NCBI GenBank assembly: GCA_034439575.1
Contig: JAWXAQ010000021.1
Coordinates: 1-45,372 of the forward strand
Source: Leptospira sp.
GTDB lineage: Bacteria > Spirochaetota > Leptospiria > Leptospirales > Leptospiraceae
Length of the DNA stretch: 45,372 nt
Direction of reading: 5' to 3'
Positions 28,944 to 39,685 of this stretch are shown here, piece after piece. A program made the position numbers and the translations under genes. Position 1 is the stretch's first letter. Each line of letters starts with the position of its first letter. The notes beneath the pieces were generated by a model. It did not search any database and was not told the origin of the DNA. It was given only the letters and a program-made list of their open reading frames with translations.

Positions 28944-30581
28944 CTAAAAGAGATTTCCGTTTAACATTAAAATATGCTCTAAGATGGGACCAAGCGCTAA
29001 GACGGGAAAAAAAGATAACCCACAGACAATGACAATGATAAAAAATAAAAGTGTTCCAAACAATATTGTATCTGTGCGAAAGCTACCTTCAGAAGATGCG
29101 GTTTTTATTTTATTACCCAAATTGGCAGAAACCAAAATGACTGAAATGATGACACTAAATCTCCCCACTAACATACAAAACCCAAGAGTTAAATTTCCCC
29201 AAAGAGAGTCAGCGGCAAAACCGGCAAATGCAGAACCATTATTGTTTGATGCAGATCCAAATGCGTAAAGAATTTGGGAAAGTGCATGAGGTCCTTTTGC
29301 CGTATAACCAGTATTTAAATATATAGTCCCCATCGTTCCTAAAAGGATACAGACAGTCGGTGTTAGAATGCCAAAAAGAGTCCACTTGATCTCATAACTT
29401 CCGATTTTTTTACCTAAATATTCTGGGGTTCGCCCAGTCATCAGTCCGCTTAAAAAAACAGTGAGGATTAAAAATAGAAACATCCCATACATACCCGCAC
29501 CAACTCCGCCAAAAATCACTTCACCTAACATCATCTGAAATAAACCAATCCCACCGGCTAGGGGAGAATAACTATCATGCATAGAATTCACAGAACCGTT
29601 GGATGCCGCAGTCGTAGCTGTTAACCAAAGAGTTGACTCAGTTAAGTTAAATCGAGTTTCCTTTCCTTCCCAAAAGGCTGGACTTGAATTTTCAAAAATA
29701 TATACACCAGCAAAAGCTATCAAAATAACACTTAACATTACAAAAAATATTGTCCAAGCATGACGAAACGATCCGACTAACTTTCCATAGAGGAATACGC
29801 AAGCTCCCGGAATCAGAAGTATAGAGAATAATTGAATGAAATTTGAAATAGGACTTGGATTCTCAAAAGGATGGGCACTATTGACTCCATAAAAACCCCC
29901 TCCGTTTGTCCCTAATTGTTTAATCGCCACTTGCGATGCGACTGGACCTAAAGGAATTTCTGTAATCAAACCATTTGGATTTTCTATAATAATTGGTGAT
30001 ACAAATGTTTGCACAACACCTTCACCAACTAACATAATAGAAACTATAATTGATAAGGGAAGAAGTATATAAAAAACAGAACGAAAAAGATCAGTCCAGA
30101 AATTCCCAAATTCTATTTCTTTCGATGCAAAAACCGCCCTACCCATAAACAACAAAACCGAAATGCCGACTCCAGCACTTAGGAAATTTAAAGGTGTCAA
30201 TCCAACCATTTGAGAAAACAAAGATAACTGGGATTCACCAGAGTATGCTTGCCAATTTGTATTCGTCAAAAATGAAATGGATGTGTTTAAAGCCAGATCC
30301 CAATTCATACCCTTTAGTTTAAGAGGATTCAATGGTAAATAATTTTGAAAAAATAAAATAAGGAATAAAATTCCTCCAATGATAAAATGAAAAACAAAAA
30401 TACTCGTTAAATACTCTTTTGGATTTTGACTTTTGGGTTTCCAAGAAGATAAAAAATTAAAGACCAACCTTTCCGCCGGCAATTCATTCGCATTCAATAT
30501 GAATGCCATAAAATATCCAAGAAAAGGAGAAATAACGATTAACAGTCCGAAATAAATGACTAAATAGAAAATTTCATCCAT
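28944..30581 (-). CDS. kdpA: K+-transporting ATPase subunit A
   Basis: TNTNWQ, LGTNGGG, ASNGSVNSMHDS, NNNGSAF. ATG at 30581 preferred over TTG at 30587. Confidence 0.97.
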   Translation of the reverse strand: MDEIFYLVIYFGLLIVISPFLGYFMAFILNANELPAERLVFNFLSSWKPKSQNPKEYLTSIFVFHFIIGGILFLILFFQNYLPLNPLKLKGMNWDLALNTSISFLTNTNWQAYSGESQLSLFSQMVGLTPLNFLSAGVGISVLLFMGRAVFASKEIEFGNFWTDLFRSVFYILLPLSIIVSIMLVGEGVVQTFVSPIIIENPNGLITEIPLGPVASQVAIKQLGTNGGGFYGVNSAHPFENPSPISNFIQLFSILLIPGACVFLYGKLVGSFRHAWTIFFVMLSVILIAFAGVYIFENSSPAFWEGKETRFNLTESTLWLTATTAASNGSVNSMHDSYSPLAGGIGLFQMMLGEVIFGGVGAGMYGMFLFLILTVFLSGLMTGRTPEYLGKKIGSYEIKWTLFGILTPTVCILLGTMGTIYLNTGYTAKGPHALSQILYAFGSASNNNGSAFAGFAADSLWGNLTLGFCMLVGRFSVIISVILVSANLGNKIKTASSEGSFRTDTILFGTLLFFIIVIVCGLSFFPVLALGPILEHILMLNGNLF

Positions 30582-30587
30582 ATACAA

Positions 30588-30664
30588 AGTATGGCATTCA
30601 AATTCGTTCTAGTCAATTGTGTATAAATTAAGGAGATGTAATAAAGAATTAAGAAAACATTAAG
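30588..30664 (-). promoter_or_regulatory. Putative sigma70 promoter of kdpA with upstream direct repeats
   Basis: Minus strand TTGACT (30616-30611) -17 nt- CATACT (30593-30588) with TG extension. CTTAAT repeats at 30627-32, 30648-53 and 30659-64. Confidence 0.55.
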
Positions 30665-30665
30665 A

Positions 30666-31199
30666 TTATTTTTTCCACCAAACGCTAAGTCTATGCAGGG
30701 AATCTTTGCTATCTTGTGCCCAAATACTTTGTGGAAAATTAACTAATATTTCATTATAAATTTTGGCAACGGGCTCTAAAGCATGTCGCAATTCTTCGAT
30801 ATGTTTATTTTTCGCCTCATCTAAGTTTAATGGAGCATTTTTATTTTTTTCAAAATATACCAAAATCGCTTTTGTTTCTAGTTCTTTGGCGTATTTGTAT
30901 TGATTAAAAATCGGATCATTTCCTTCTTTTTTTAATTGTGTTGCCCGAGAAACAGATTCGATAGATTTTTTAGGATTTAAATTTGGATAAAAAAAGTTAC
31001 CTTTTAGATTCCACCACTCTTTCAAAAATTCATATTGTTTTTGTAATTCTTGGAATAACACATCAGAATCATATTCACCTGTGTCTGGGTGAAATTTTTT
31101 TGCAAGATGGTGATAATTGGTTTTTAAATCGTTGAGATGACTCGATTCCGTTAGTTGCAAAAAAGCAAGAGCTTCATCTAACAGTAATTTTTGATCCAA
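30666..31199 (-). CDS. J-domain (DnaJ-like) protein
   Basis: N-terminal YHHLAKKFHPD...FQELQKQYE.L. Confidence 0.85.
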   Translation of the reverse strand: MDQKLLLDEALAFLQLTESSHLNDLKTNYHHLAKKFHPDTGEYDSDVLFQELQKQYEFLKEWWNLKGNFFYPNLNPKKSIESVSRATQLKKEGNDPIFNQYKYAKELETKAILVYFEKNKNAPLNLDEAKNKHIEELRHALEPVAKIYNEILVNFPQSIWAQDSKDSLHRLSVWWKK

Positions 31200-31579
31200 G
31201 ATAAACCTGAGTTTTGATAGAAATGTGATTTAAGTTTTCTTTTCACTTGGAATTCATAATATTCTTTTTTCGAACTTAACATTTCTTTTTCCATCAGATG
31301 TTGAACCCGCAATTGAATGCTACGCGCCTCATCTAATAAGTGAAATACATTTTCAGACAACTGAATTTCTTCTTCAGACACTCCAACCGTAGATTGGTTT
31401 TCAAGAGTTTCTCTATCAAGTGCTTCCAATTGATTTAAAATCGGTTCATTTTTAAACTCTAACTTCACTGCAGAGTCCGCATCACCGTAAGATAAATATT
31501 CCTCTTCTTTTTTCAAATTCAGAAGTAAAGATGATAGTAGTTTAATTTTCTTTTTATAATAAGTGCTGAGTTCGTTCAT
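31178..31579 (-). CDS. Helical protein, putative flagellar chaperone (FlgN/FliT-like)
   Basis: All-helical 133 aa directly downstream of fliS; function inferred from context. Confidence 0.55.
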   Translation of the reverse strand: MNELSTYYKKKIKLLSSLLLNLKKEEEYLSYGDADSAVKLEFKNEPILNQLEALDRETLENQSTVGVSEEEIQLSENVFHLLDEARSIQLRVQHLMEKEMLSSKKEYYEFQVKRKLKSHFYQNSGLSWIKNYC

Positions 31580-31590
31580 TCGTTAAAAAA

Positions 31591-32037
31591 TTATCCTGTG
31601 ATGGAAATTCCAGTACTACGACCTGGTGTGTTTTGACTTTGGGCGCCTTCTTTTTTATCCAACTCTTCCCAAGAAGTCTTAAGCTCATTTAGAATTTTGA
31701 TGCACTCTTGGATGATTTTTTTGTCTTTCTTCATATTGGCTTCGAGAAGACGTTTTTTAAGGTATATATAGAGAGAAAGTAGATTACTTGCGATCTCTTG
31801 CCCTTCTTCCATATTTAGTGAGAGAAGAAGTTCCGTAATGATATCTTGCGTTTTGATGATGTGATTATTTACAATATCGTACTTTCTTGGGGTCATATTG
31901 TCCATGGCGACTCCCAAAAAACGGATGGCTCCGTCAAAGAGCATAACGATCAATTTTACCTGACTAACAGTAGAAATCTCGTTCGCCTTGTATTCATTAT
32001 AACCGGAATAGGCCCCAGTCTTTCTCGCAAGTGACAT
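31591..32037 (-). CDS. fliS: Flagellar export chaperone FliS
   Basis: KLIVMLFDGAIRFL, QDIITEL..SLN, IASNL.SLY.Y...RL.EAN. AGGAG RBS before ATG 32037. Confidence 0.94.
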   Translation of the reverse strand: MSLARKTGAYSGYNEYKANEISTVSQVKLIVMLFDGAIRFLGVAMDNMTPRKYDIVNNHIIKTQDIITELLLSLNMEEGQEIASNLLSLYIYLKKRLLEANMKKDKKIIQECIKILNELKTSWEELDKKEGAQSQNTPGRSTGISITG

Positions 32038-32114
32038 TTTTTTCTCCTGACTATTCCCATCGACCAAAAAGGATACTTGCTTAATCATCAATTGGAATAA
32101 ACTTAGAATAAGTA

Positions 32115-32756
32115 ATGATTAAACTACTGGCAACTGGAATTAAGAAAAAGGCAACCCGTATCCTTTTTCTGGCTTCGGGTCGTGGTTCTAACTTTGAACA
32201 TTCCCTACTTTTCCTTCGGAAAAAGAAAATAAATGCAGAAATCCTCGGTCTTTTGACTGACAATCCCCAATCCAAGGCGATAGAAATCGCAAAAAAGGCA
32301 AATGTCCCCGTATTCCCTTTTCCTTTCTCCGATTACAAAGATAAAAAGGATTACCATAGAGATTTTTTGAAATCGGCTCTTTCGCTAGAACCTGATTTGA
32401 TCGTGGCCTGCGGCTATATGCGCATCTTGAAACCAGAATTTGTAAATTCCTTCCCATTCCAAATTATTAACATCCATCCGTCCCTTCTTCCTGCATTTCC
32501 AGGCCTAGATGCCCAAAAGCAAGCCATCGAATACGGAGCGAAGGTGAGTGGATGCACTGTCCATTTTGTAGAAGAAGGGGTTGATACGGGAGCCATTATC
32601 CTACAAAAATCCATTGAAATAAAACCCGACTGGGGAGTAATTGAACTCTCTCGGGCAATACTTGCGGAAGAACATAAATTACTTCCATCCGCCATACAGC
32701 TATTTTGTGAGAATAAGTTAAAAATAAAAGGAAGAAAGGTTGAAATTATAAAATGA
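32115..32756 (+). CDS. purN: Phosphoribosylglycinamide formyltransferase
   Basis: [31 protein letters not shown]...VDTG.II. Start uncertain. Confidence 0.95.
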   Translation: MIKLLATGIKKKATRILFLASGRGSNFEHSLLFLRKKKINAEILGLLTDNPQSKAIEIAKKANVPVFPFPFSDYKDKKDYHRDFLKSALSLEPDLIVACGYMRILKPEFVNSFPFQIINIHPSLLPAFPGLDAQKQAIEYGAKVSGCTVHFVEEGVDTGAIILQKSIEIKPDWGVIELSRAILAEEHKLLPSAIQLFCENKLKIKGRKVEIIK

Positions 32757-34294
32757 TAGAAATCAAACGTGCACTTGTATCCGTTTCAGATAAAACGGGA
32801 ATCACTGAGATATGTGCTTTTTTAAATGCGTCTGGTGTAGAAATTTTATCCACTGGTGGCACTTATGATGCCCTAACAAAAGCAGGCATCCCTGTGAAGA
32901 AAGTAGAAGACTTTACAGGTTTCCCAGAAATCCTTCATGGACGCGTTAAAACTCTTCATCCCAAAATCCACGGCGGGCTTCTAGGTGATACAACAAATCC
33001 CGATCACATTAAACAAATGGAACAAAACTCCATTTTGCCCATCCAACTAGTCATTGTTAATTTATATCCTTTTGTCAAAACAGTTCAAAAGCCAGATTGC
33101 ACATTAGAGGAAGCGATAGAAAATATTGATATAGGTGGCCCGTCAATGTTACGTTCGGCGGCCAAAAATAACAAAAACGTAGTTGTGATCACAGATCCAA
33201 AAGACTATACCCCATTTATGGATGAGTGGAAAAAGAATCAGGGCAAAATCTCGAAAGAAACTGCATTTAGTTATGCGGCTAAAGTTTTTGCAGAGACATC
33301 AAGTTATGACACAGCTATAGCATCTTATTTCAATGACAAACTAGGCATTCGCTTTCCGGATAAAATTTCCTTTGCCTTTATCAAAAAACAAAAACTCAGG
33401 TATGGTGAAAACCCGCACCAAGATGCAGCTTTTTATGAACCTATCTTTGCAAAGTCAGAATTTGAGGCTCTGCAAGGTAAAGAGTTATCGTTTAACAATA
33501 TGCTCGACTTTGATGCCGCATTTCATGTTGCATCCCTTCTCCCTAAAAATGCCGTTTCTATCGTAAAACACTTAAATCCTTGTGGGATCGCTTTTGGAGA
33601 TACAGTCCTTGAATCGTTTGAACTAGCTCGTAAAACAGATCCCATTAGTGCCTTTGGTGGCATCATTGGGATACACGGAGTTGTAGACAAAGGTGCCGCA
33701 GAAGAAATTACAAAAAATTTTGTGGAAGGTGTCATTGCCGAAGGATTCACCCCAGAAGCATTAGAAATATTTGGTAAAAAACAAAACATTCGTCTGATAC
33801 CAATTGCGAAATTCCAAGAAGCACTAGATGAAATGGACCTCCGGTCGCTACATCATGGCCTACTCATTCAAAATCGTGACTTTGATATCGTCACCAAAGA
33901 ACAGTTAAAGGTAGTATCGAAAATTAAACCTACCGAAGATGATATCGAAGGACTTATGTTTGCTTGGAACTGCGTAAAATTTATAAAATCAAACGCTATC
34001 GTTTATACAGATCAAAATGCAACTCTCGGAATCGGCGCAGGCCAGATGTCAAGAGTGGACTCTGTAGAACTTGGCGCGATGAAAGCACAAAAGGTCGGAC
34101 TCTCAGTCGTTGGATCTTATGTTGGTAGTGATGCCTTTTTTCCTTTTAGAGATGGAATCGACTCCATTGCCAAGGTCGGTGCGAAAGCAATCATCCAACC
34201 TGGAGGATCGATTAGAGACGAAGAAGTTATACAAGCCGCAGATGAACATGGCCTCATTATGGTTTTTACTGGCATGAGACATTTTAGACATTAA
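32753..34294 (+). CDS. purH: Bifunctional AICAR transformylase/IMP cyclohydrolase
   Basis: [49 protein letters not shown]. Confidence 0.98.
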   Translation: MIEIKRALVSVSDKTGITEICAFLNASGVEILSTGGTYDALTKAGIPVKKVEDFTGFPEILHGRVKTLHPKIHGGLLGDTTNPDHIKQMEQNSILPIQLVIVNLYPFVKTVQKPDCTLEEAIENIDIGGPSMLRSAAKNNKNVVVITDPKDYTPFMDEWKKNQGKISKETAFSYAAKVFAETSSYDTAIASYFNDKLGIRFPDKISFAFIKKQKLRYGENPHQDAAFYEPIFAKSEFEALQGKELSFNNMLDFDAAFHVASLLPKNAVSIVKHLNPCGIAFGDTVLESFELARKTDPISAFGGIIGIHGVVDKGAAEEITKNFVEGVIAEGFTPEALEIFGKKQNIRLIPIAKFQEALDEMDLRSLHHGLLIQNRDFDIVTKEQLKVVSKIKPTEDDIEGLMFAWNCVKFIKSNAIVYTDQNATLGIGAGQMSRVDSVELGAMKAQKVGLSVVGSYVGSDAFFPFRDGIDSIAKVGAKAIIQPGGSIRDEEVIQAADEHGLIMVFTGMRHFRH

Positions 34295-35083
34295 ATGGAA
34301 TTTGCTTTATTTTTATTTTTTATCGTCTTAACTTCCACTTTAACGGGCGTTATAAGTTATTACGCGAATTTACTTTTTTTTCAGAAAAAAGAAATGTATC
34401 AAAGGGAAGAGATCACACATATTTGGGAACCTGCCCTACGTTTGTTGTTAAATGTTTGTGAATCTGGCGGAAATCTTTATATAGGCTTAGGCTTATTTTT
34501 CGGATTTGCTCTCTTTGCCTGGGCTTGGTCGCTCCTTGGGGGAATCCTCGGAACACCACATTATACCAGTTCGCCTGGGAATTATTTTTTCCAAACACCT
34601 TTACTCTTTATTGGTTTTTTATTTGGATATAATTTTCTAAAAGAAGGTTTTTCTAGCCCAGGACCCGCAAAGATTTTTTTTGATTCGGGACGAGCTGTTC
34701 TATCAGGACTTGGGATCGGCTATTTTTCCTCCAACCTTACCGTTTGGGGGCTCTACCATGAATTTTTCTTTTTATTTGTTTTGATCTCTGGTCTACTTGT
34801 GATTTACCCCTTGATTTATTATTGGAATGGAAAGGCATTCTTTGGCATCACCATTGGCCCAAAAGAAAGGTATGTCCCCCAATTTGAAGATGAGGACATT
34901 TATATGGAGGATGAAGAACCACAAAGGCCAAGTCCTGGCGCCTCTACCGAATTTTTCCGAGAAGAACCAAAGCCATCCCCTAAGAAATCCCCTGCACCTA
35001 CAGTATCCGATTGGGATGAAATTGATGAAGGAGGGCTTGGCGATGAGCCACCGACCCTTGATGATTTTGACGATCTAAAATAA
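34295..35083 (+). CDS. Hypothetical polytopic membrane protein with acidic/Pro-rich C-terminal tail
   Basis: About 5-6 hydrophobic segments followed by a D/E/P-rich tail; starts immediately after the purH stop. Confidence 0.75.
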   Translation: MEFALFLFFIVLTSTLTGVISYYANLLFFQKKEMYQREEITHIWEPALRLLLNVCESGGNLYIGLGLFFGFALFAWAWSLLGGILGTPHYTSSPGNYFFQTPLLFIGFLFGYNFLKEGFSSPGPAKIFFDSGRAVLSGLGIGYFSSNLTVWGLYHEFFFLFVLISGLLVIYPLIYYWNGKAFFGITIGPKERYVPQFEDEDIYMEDEEPQRPSPGASTEFFREEPKPSPKKSPAPTVSDWDEIDEGGLGDEPPTLDDFDDLK

Positions 35084-35122
35084 TGGACTTCGGAAATTTC
35101 AATTTTTTCCGATAGAAAGAAT

Positions 35123-35806
35123 ATGAAGCAGATTCTAGCCCTCCTCGCTTTCCCCCTTATTTTGATACCATCTGTCGTATCAGCTCAGGTTGAGTCCACG
35201 GTGACTAGCCTTGATGGTTTTGCAGAAGCCTCCTGGGGCATGACTTACGAATCTATCAGAGAAAAATTTCTTTCCATGGCGACAAATCCGGACGCAAAAG
35301 AAGAAATCGAAATCAAATACGAAAAGAAAGATGAAAAGTTACTCGTAAAACGAAACGGAATTTTTTATCTCTATCGTTTTTATAAAACACCTGAGCTGTT
35401 AAAGGAAGTGAGACCCAAAGAAAACCGAGGTCCTGAATCTGATCCCACAATCACAGGTCAGACAGAATTTAGAGAAAACGGAATTCTTTTTTCTGTGGGT
35501 GTGACTTTCAATCTTGTGCCTGCAGAAAAAATCAAAGACAAACTCCAGAAAAAATATGGCAAACCCAAAAAGGAAAGTATCGGAGATGATAAAGTCTCAG
35601 GTGCTAGTATTTGGGAACTTGTGGATAAAAGAGATGGAACACCTAGAGGTGGTTATACGGTTCAATGGTTAGAAGGATATAAAAAAAATTCCTACACACG
35701 TAGAATCGATTATTTCTCTGCGAATATTCGGGAAATGATTGCAAAGGATTATAAAGATTTCTTTAGCGTACAAGAAACAAAAACCTTGCGAGATTTAATC
35801 CCATAG
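35123..35806 (+). CDS. Hypothetical exported protein
   Basis: Sec-type signal peptide (...VVSA/Q). Confidence 0.75.
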   Translation: MKQILALLAFPLILIPSVVSAQVESTVTSLDGFAEASWGMTYESIREKFLSMATNPDAKEEIEIKYEKKDEKLLVKRNGIFYLYRFYKTPELLKEVRPKENRGPESDPTITGQTEFRENGILFSVGVTFNLVPAEKIKDKLQKKYGKPKKESIGDDKVSGASIWELVDKRDGTPRGGYTVQWLEGYKKNSYTRRIDYFSANIREMIAKDYKDFFSVQETKTLRDLIP

Positions 35807-35849
35807 ATACCATGTCTCTCTGAGAAGCAATTTCTCCGAAAGAGGCACA

Positions 35850-36494
35850 ATGAACTTATTTCTAGACACAGCCGATATATCTGAAATCAAAAAGGTCCAT
35901 GAAATGGGCCTACTTGACGGCATCACCACCAATCCTTCCATCATAGCAAAGTCTGGCAGAAAATTTACCGAAGTCATCAAAGAAATTTGTAGTTTTGTGA
36001 AAGGACCTGTGAGCGCAGAAGTTTTATCCACAGACGCACCAACTATGATCAAAGAGGGACTAGAACTTGCGGCCATCGCAGAAAACGTAGTCATCAAAGT
36101 TCCTTTGATTCCAGAAGGCATCAAAGCAGTTGTGGAATTTACAAAAAAAGGGATTTCGACAAACGTAACTCTTTGTTTTACAGCAAACCAAGCCTTACTT
36201 GCCGCAAAAGCTGGGGCTACATTTATTTCACCATTTATAGGTCGGTTAGACGATGTGGGTTATGATGGATTAGAACTAATTTCAGAAATTCGTGAGATCT
36301 ATGATAACTATGGTTATGAGACACAAATTTTAGCGGCCTCAGTCAGACATCCCATCCACTTCAAAGAAGTAGCACTTCGTGGAGCAGATTGTGTCACTAT
36401 CCCATATGGTGTTTTTGAAATGTTATTCAAACATCCATTAACTGATAGCGGATTGACAAAATTTTTAGAAGATGCTAAAAAACTAACCTGGTAA
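35850..36494 (+). CDS. Transaldolase / fructose-6-phosphate aldolase (short type)
   Basis: [40 protein letters not shown]. Confidence 0.95.
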   Translation: MNLFLDTADISEIKKVHEMGLLDGITTNPSIIAKSGRKFTEVIKEICSFVKGPVSAEVLSTDAPTMIKEGLELAAIAENVVIKVPLIPEGIKAVVEFTKKGISTNVTLCFTANQALLAAKAGATFISPFIGRLDDVGYDGLELISEIREIYDNYGYETQILAASVRHPIHFKEVALRGADCVTIPYGVFEMLFKHPLTDSGLTKFLEDAKKLTW

Positions 36495-36510
36495 AATAAA
36501 ATTCTATGAA

Positions 36511-36540
36511 TAGCGAATTAGCAATCCTACTAATTCGCTA
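36511..36540. terminator. Hairpin between convergent genes, probable terminator
   Basis: Perfect 11-bp inverted repeat TAGCGAATTAG/CTAATTCGCTA with an 8-nt loop. Confidence 0.65.
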
Positions 36541-36549
36541 AAAAGAAAT

Positions 36550-37581
36550 TCACCTTTCCGCATAGTCCTTCCAAATCATTTTCATTTGATCTACAAAACA
36601 AAACACTGACTGATGAGAGGCATCATTAAACAAATCGCATTCATTTGATTCATTCATATTGATAGAATACGCCCCATTTTCATCGGACAATTCTTTTATC
36701 CTTTTCCACCAAACATTCTTTATATCAAATTTTTCATATTCAGAATAATATTTTGGGTATACTTTTGGCCAAAGTACAAGCACAGGAATTTGTTTTTCTT
36801 TCGCCAGAGATAAAAAAGATTTAACGTAGGGTAGCTGGGAATTTCCTAACGTATATGATCTCATATAAATAGAAGTTACACGCCTTGTATCCTTTTCCAA
36901 TTTTTCCACAGGATTTGCCGTCGTCGCATACATCAAATATTCGCCCTTGGCATAATTAACTAATTGAAATTCCGTATTGTTTTTAGCTTTGTATTCTTTG
37001 AGTTTTCCTGTTTTTAACCTGGAAAAGAATAGCCCCATATTTAGTTCCACAGAACGTATGCTAAAGATTTGGTCTAATAGGTATTCATATTTATCTTTGT
37101 ATGAAAGGTCATTCCAAATTTCGTTTACACATTTTGGATCGCAAGCAAGACGTAAAAAAGGAGAATTGATAAATCCTTTGGAGTCATCAAAGGCTTCGGG
37201 ACTCAAAGAAAGTATGACAAAATTTGGTCTGATCCCTGATGTCAATAGATCTCGAAACATCATATAGGCATACATTGGCACACCTTGCGGTCCGCTAAAG
37301 TTATAGAGAGTCCAATCTTTTTGTTTATCTGCAGGGATCCCTTTTTCGGAAAATGGATAGGATCGTGAATCACCATAGACCACAGCAAGTTTTCGTTTTT
37401 TCACTTCTTCGTCATTTAACAAACGATCTACGAGAACTTTTCTTTGGTGATAAAATACAGAATTCCCTGATTGTAAAAATTCTTTCTGGAAGATGGGTAA
37501 AAGGAAAACTTTATCAAGCAATAGGATGCCAAAAAAAAGGTACAATGGATACAATAAAAATGATTTAGTGAACAAAGACAA
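36550..37581 (-). CDS. DUF1574-like SGNH-type membrane-anchored protein
   Basis: N-terminal TM, VVYGDSRS, C-terminal FNDASH (DxxH). Confidence 0.75.
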   Translation of the reverse strand: MSLFTKSFLLYPLYLFFGILLLDKVFLLPIFQKEFLQSGNSVFYHQRKVLVDRLLNDEEVKKRKLAVVYGDSRSYPFSEKGIPADKQKDWTLYNFSGPQGVPMYAYMMFRDLLTSGIRPNFVILSLSPEAFDDSKGFINSPFLRLACDPKCVNEIWNDLSYKDKYEYLLDQIFSIRSVELNMGLFFSRLKTGKLKEYKAKNNTEFQLVNYAKGEYLMYATTANPVEKLEKDTRRVTSIYMRSYTLGNSQLPYVKSFLSLAKEKQIPVLVLWPKVYPKYYSEYEKFDIKNVWWKRIKELSDENGAYSINMNESNECDLFNDASHQSVFCFVDQMKMIWKDYAER

Positions 37582-37628
37582 ATTCTCCCCTACTTATAAT
37601 CCAAATATCATTTCTTGATTCAATCATA

Positions 37629-38357
37629 TTACTTTGATATAATCTGTTCTTCTCGAACCCCAATAAACTTACCTTCTTCTATTGGTTTTTTTTCTAAACT
37701 GAAATTTCCGATTCGTACACGATATAAATCAATCACACTTAAATTTTTGGAATGGAACATCCTTCGGATTTGTCTTTTTTTTCCTTCACCAAGTACTACT
37801 CGCAAATGATTCGTTGGTTCTAAGGCTTCCTTGGATGTAGGAAAGGCAGGAGAGACAAATTTGGCACGCAGGGTTTCCCCACCTTCTCTTACACCTAACA
37901 TAAATTCATCGGCAATGGGTTTCCATTCGATGGCTTTATTTAAAGTCACAATATATTCTTTATCAATTTTTTTACTCGGGTGCGTGATTCTTTGGATAAA
38001 ATCCCCGTCATTAGATAAAAACATAAGCCCTCTGGAATCAAGGTCAAGCCTGCCTGCATAATTGTACTTTTGGTATTCTTTGGGAAGGAGTTCAAATATC
38101 ATATGATCGTTGTGTTCGTCTTCATGTGAGGCAAGGTATCCTGCAGGTTTGTTGAAAGCGATAATACGGAATAGATCAGGATCGTCTTTGATATCGAGTC
38201 GTTTCCCATCCAAACGTACTTCATCTTTGTCCAAAACTCGATAGGACAAATCGGTAAGTGTGGATCCATTCACTTTGACCCGACCCGCAAGCACAATCTC
38301 TTCGACTTTCCTTCGCGATCCGACTCCTGCTCTAGCTAGAAATTGATTGATTCTCAT
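37629..38357 (-). CDS. rRNA pseudouridine synthase (RsuA/RluB family)
   Basis: S4 domain MRINQFLARAGVGSRR, NKP.GY, GRLDLDSRGL, EGKKRQIRRMF. True start taken at 38357. Confidence 0.94.
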   Translation of the reverse strand: MRINQFLARAGVGSRRKVEEIVLAGRVKVNGSTLTDLSYRVLDKDEVRLDGKRLDIKDDPDLFRIIAFNKPAGYLASHEDEHNDHMIFELLPKEYQKYNYAGRLDLDSRGLMFLSNDGDFIQRITHPSKKIDKEYIVTLNKAIEWKPIADEFMLGVREGGETLRAKFVSPAFPTSKEALEPTNHLRVVLGEGKKRQIRRMFHSKNLSVIDLYRVRIGNFSLEKKPIEEGKFIGVREEQIISK

Positions 38358-38406
38358 CTTTTTCCATTTTACAAACCATCCCTCTAAAAAAAAGTCTAAA
38401 CGAGAA

Positions 38407-39300
38407 ATGAATCCCCTTAAAAAAAAGGCACGGACCAAAGAAATCCACCCAATTCCGGAACTTCCGGCGTGGATGAAGGTAAAAGTGCGTTTTCCTAGTT
38501 CTGGGGATGCCTTGGCCAAAGTCCGAAGTGAAGTAGATGGCAAAAAACTCAATACCGTTTGTGAATCTGCCTCCTGCCCCAACCTCAATCATTGTTGGAA
38601 CCGCCGCACTGCTACCTATATGCTAGCTGGTGACATCTGCACAAGAAGATGCCAATACTGTGATGTTGCCTTTGGGAAACCTAAGGAACTTGATTTACAG
38701 GAGCCAGTCCGCGTGGCAAAGTCTGTTGCCGATTTGGAACTCAAACATGTCGTATTAACTGCCGTAAATCGGGATGACTTAAAAGACGGTGGCGCCAAAC
38801 ATTTTGCAGATACCATACGAGAAATTAGAAACCTTAGACCGGAATGTGGGATTGAAGTTTTGATCCCTGACTTCAAGGCAAAACAAGAAGCTTTGGATCT
38901 TATCTATTTGGCAAAACCAAATATAATTAATCATAATATAGAAACTGTGAAACGACTCTTTTCTGACATTACGCCCCAAAAAAATTATGAAAGGTCATTA
39001 TCAGTGTTGAAAGACATCGCCGAACACGGGTTCAAAACAAAAAGTGGACTCATCCTTGGACTTGGGGAAAAAGAAGAAGATGTCGCGGAATGTTTAAAGG
39101 ATTTGTATGCGAGCGGCGTACGTATGTTAACCATTGGCCAATACTTACAGCCCACTCCGACTCATTACCCTGTAAAAGAATTTATAAAACCAGAAATTTT
39201 TGACCATTGGAAAGACTTTGCTTACCAATTAGGATTTAAAATCGTCTCCTCAGGACCACTTGTGAGATCTTCTTATCATGCTGATGAGTATGTTGATTGA
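38407..39300 (+). CDS. lipA: Lipoyl synthase
   Basis: CESASCPNLNHC (CX4CX5C), CTRRCQYC, RSSYHA. Start taken at MNPLKK. Confidence 0.97.
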   Translation: MNPLKKKARTKEIHPIPELPAWMKVKVRFPSSGDALAKVRSEVDGKKLNTVCESASCPNLNHCWNRRTATYMLAGDICTRRCQYCDVAFGKPKELDLQEPVRVAKSVADLELKHVVLTAVNRDDLKDGGAKHFADTIREIRNLRPECGIEVLIPDFKAKQEALDLIYLAKPNIINHNIETVKRLFSDITPQKNYERSLSVLKDIAEHGFKTKSGLILGLGEKEEDVAECLKDLYASGVRMLTIGQYLQPTPTHYPVKEFIKPEIFDHWKDFAYQLGFKIVSSGPLVRSSYHADEYVD

Positions 39301-39593
39301 TGGAACCTTCAGATGATTGGAAAAATGAAATTGCCAAAACCTTCTTTTTATCTATACTCTCTGATTTAAGTTCTGTTGAAGAAGAACTCTCTGATTTTGA
39401 AGTGAAACAACTGATCCTTGGCGGATTAAAAAAAATTCCCAGTATGGATGTGGAATGGGGCGAAGCGGACAGATTCGGAAAGTCCACAATTCTTATCAAA
39501 AAGGATGCGAATTTACTTGTGATCGAAGCCACTCCTCTCATCAATACGATTCGCGTTTTGTGGAACGATTACCAAAACAAAAACCAATCTTAA
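39297..39593 (+). CDS. Hypothetical protein
   Basis: 98-aa ORF coupled to the lipA stop. Confidence 0.7.
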   Translation: MMEPSDDWKNEIAKTFFLSILSDLSSVEEELSDFEVKQLILGGLKKIPSMDVEWGEADRFGKSTILIKKDANLLVIEATPLINTIRVLWNDYQNKNQS

Positions 39594-39628
39594 ATCATTT
39601 ATAATCAAATTTGATTTGATCAGGATAT

Positions 39629-39666
39629 AAAAAAAGCCCAGTGTTTTTGGCACCAGGCTTCTTTTC
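39629..39666 (-). terminator. Rho-independent terminator after lipL45
   Basis: Minus strand AAGCCTGGTG-loop-CACTGGGCTT followed by a T-run. Confidence 0.75.
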
Positions 39667-39685
39667 TGCGTAAGGGTTTTAGTGT

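Noticed and set aside
26884-28947. Long plus-strand ORFs (218 aa, 157 aa and others) opposite kdpB
   Set aside because: Antisense shadows of a conserved gene, with no motifs of their own.
38347-38588. Apparent 240-bp head-to-head overlap of the pseudouridine synthase and lipA
   Set aside because: Artifact of longest-ORF start choice; plausible starts at 38357 (-) and 38407 (+) do not overlap.
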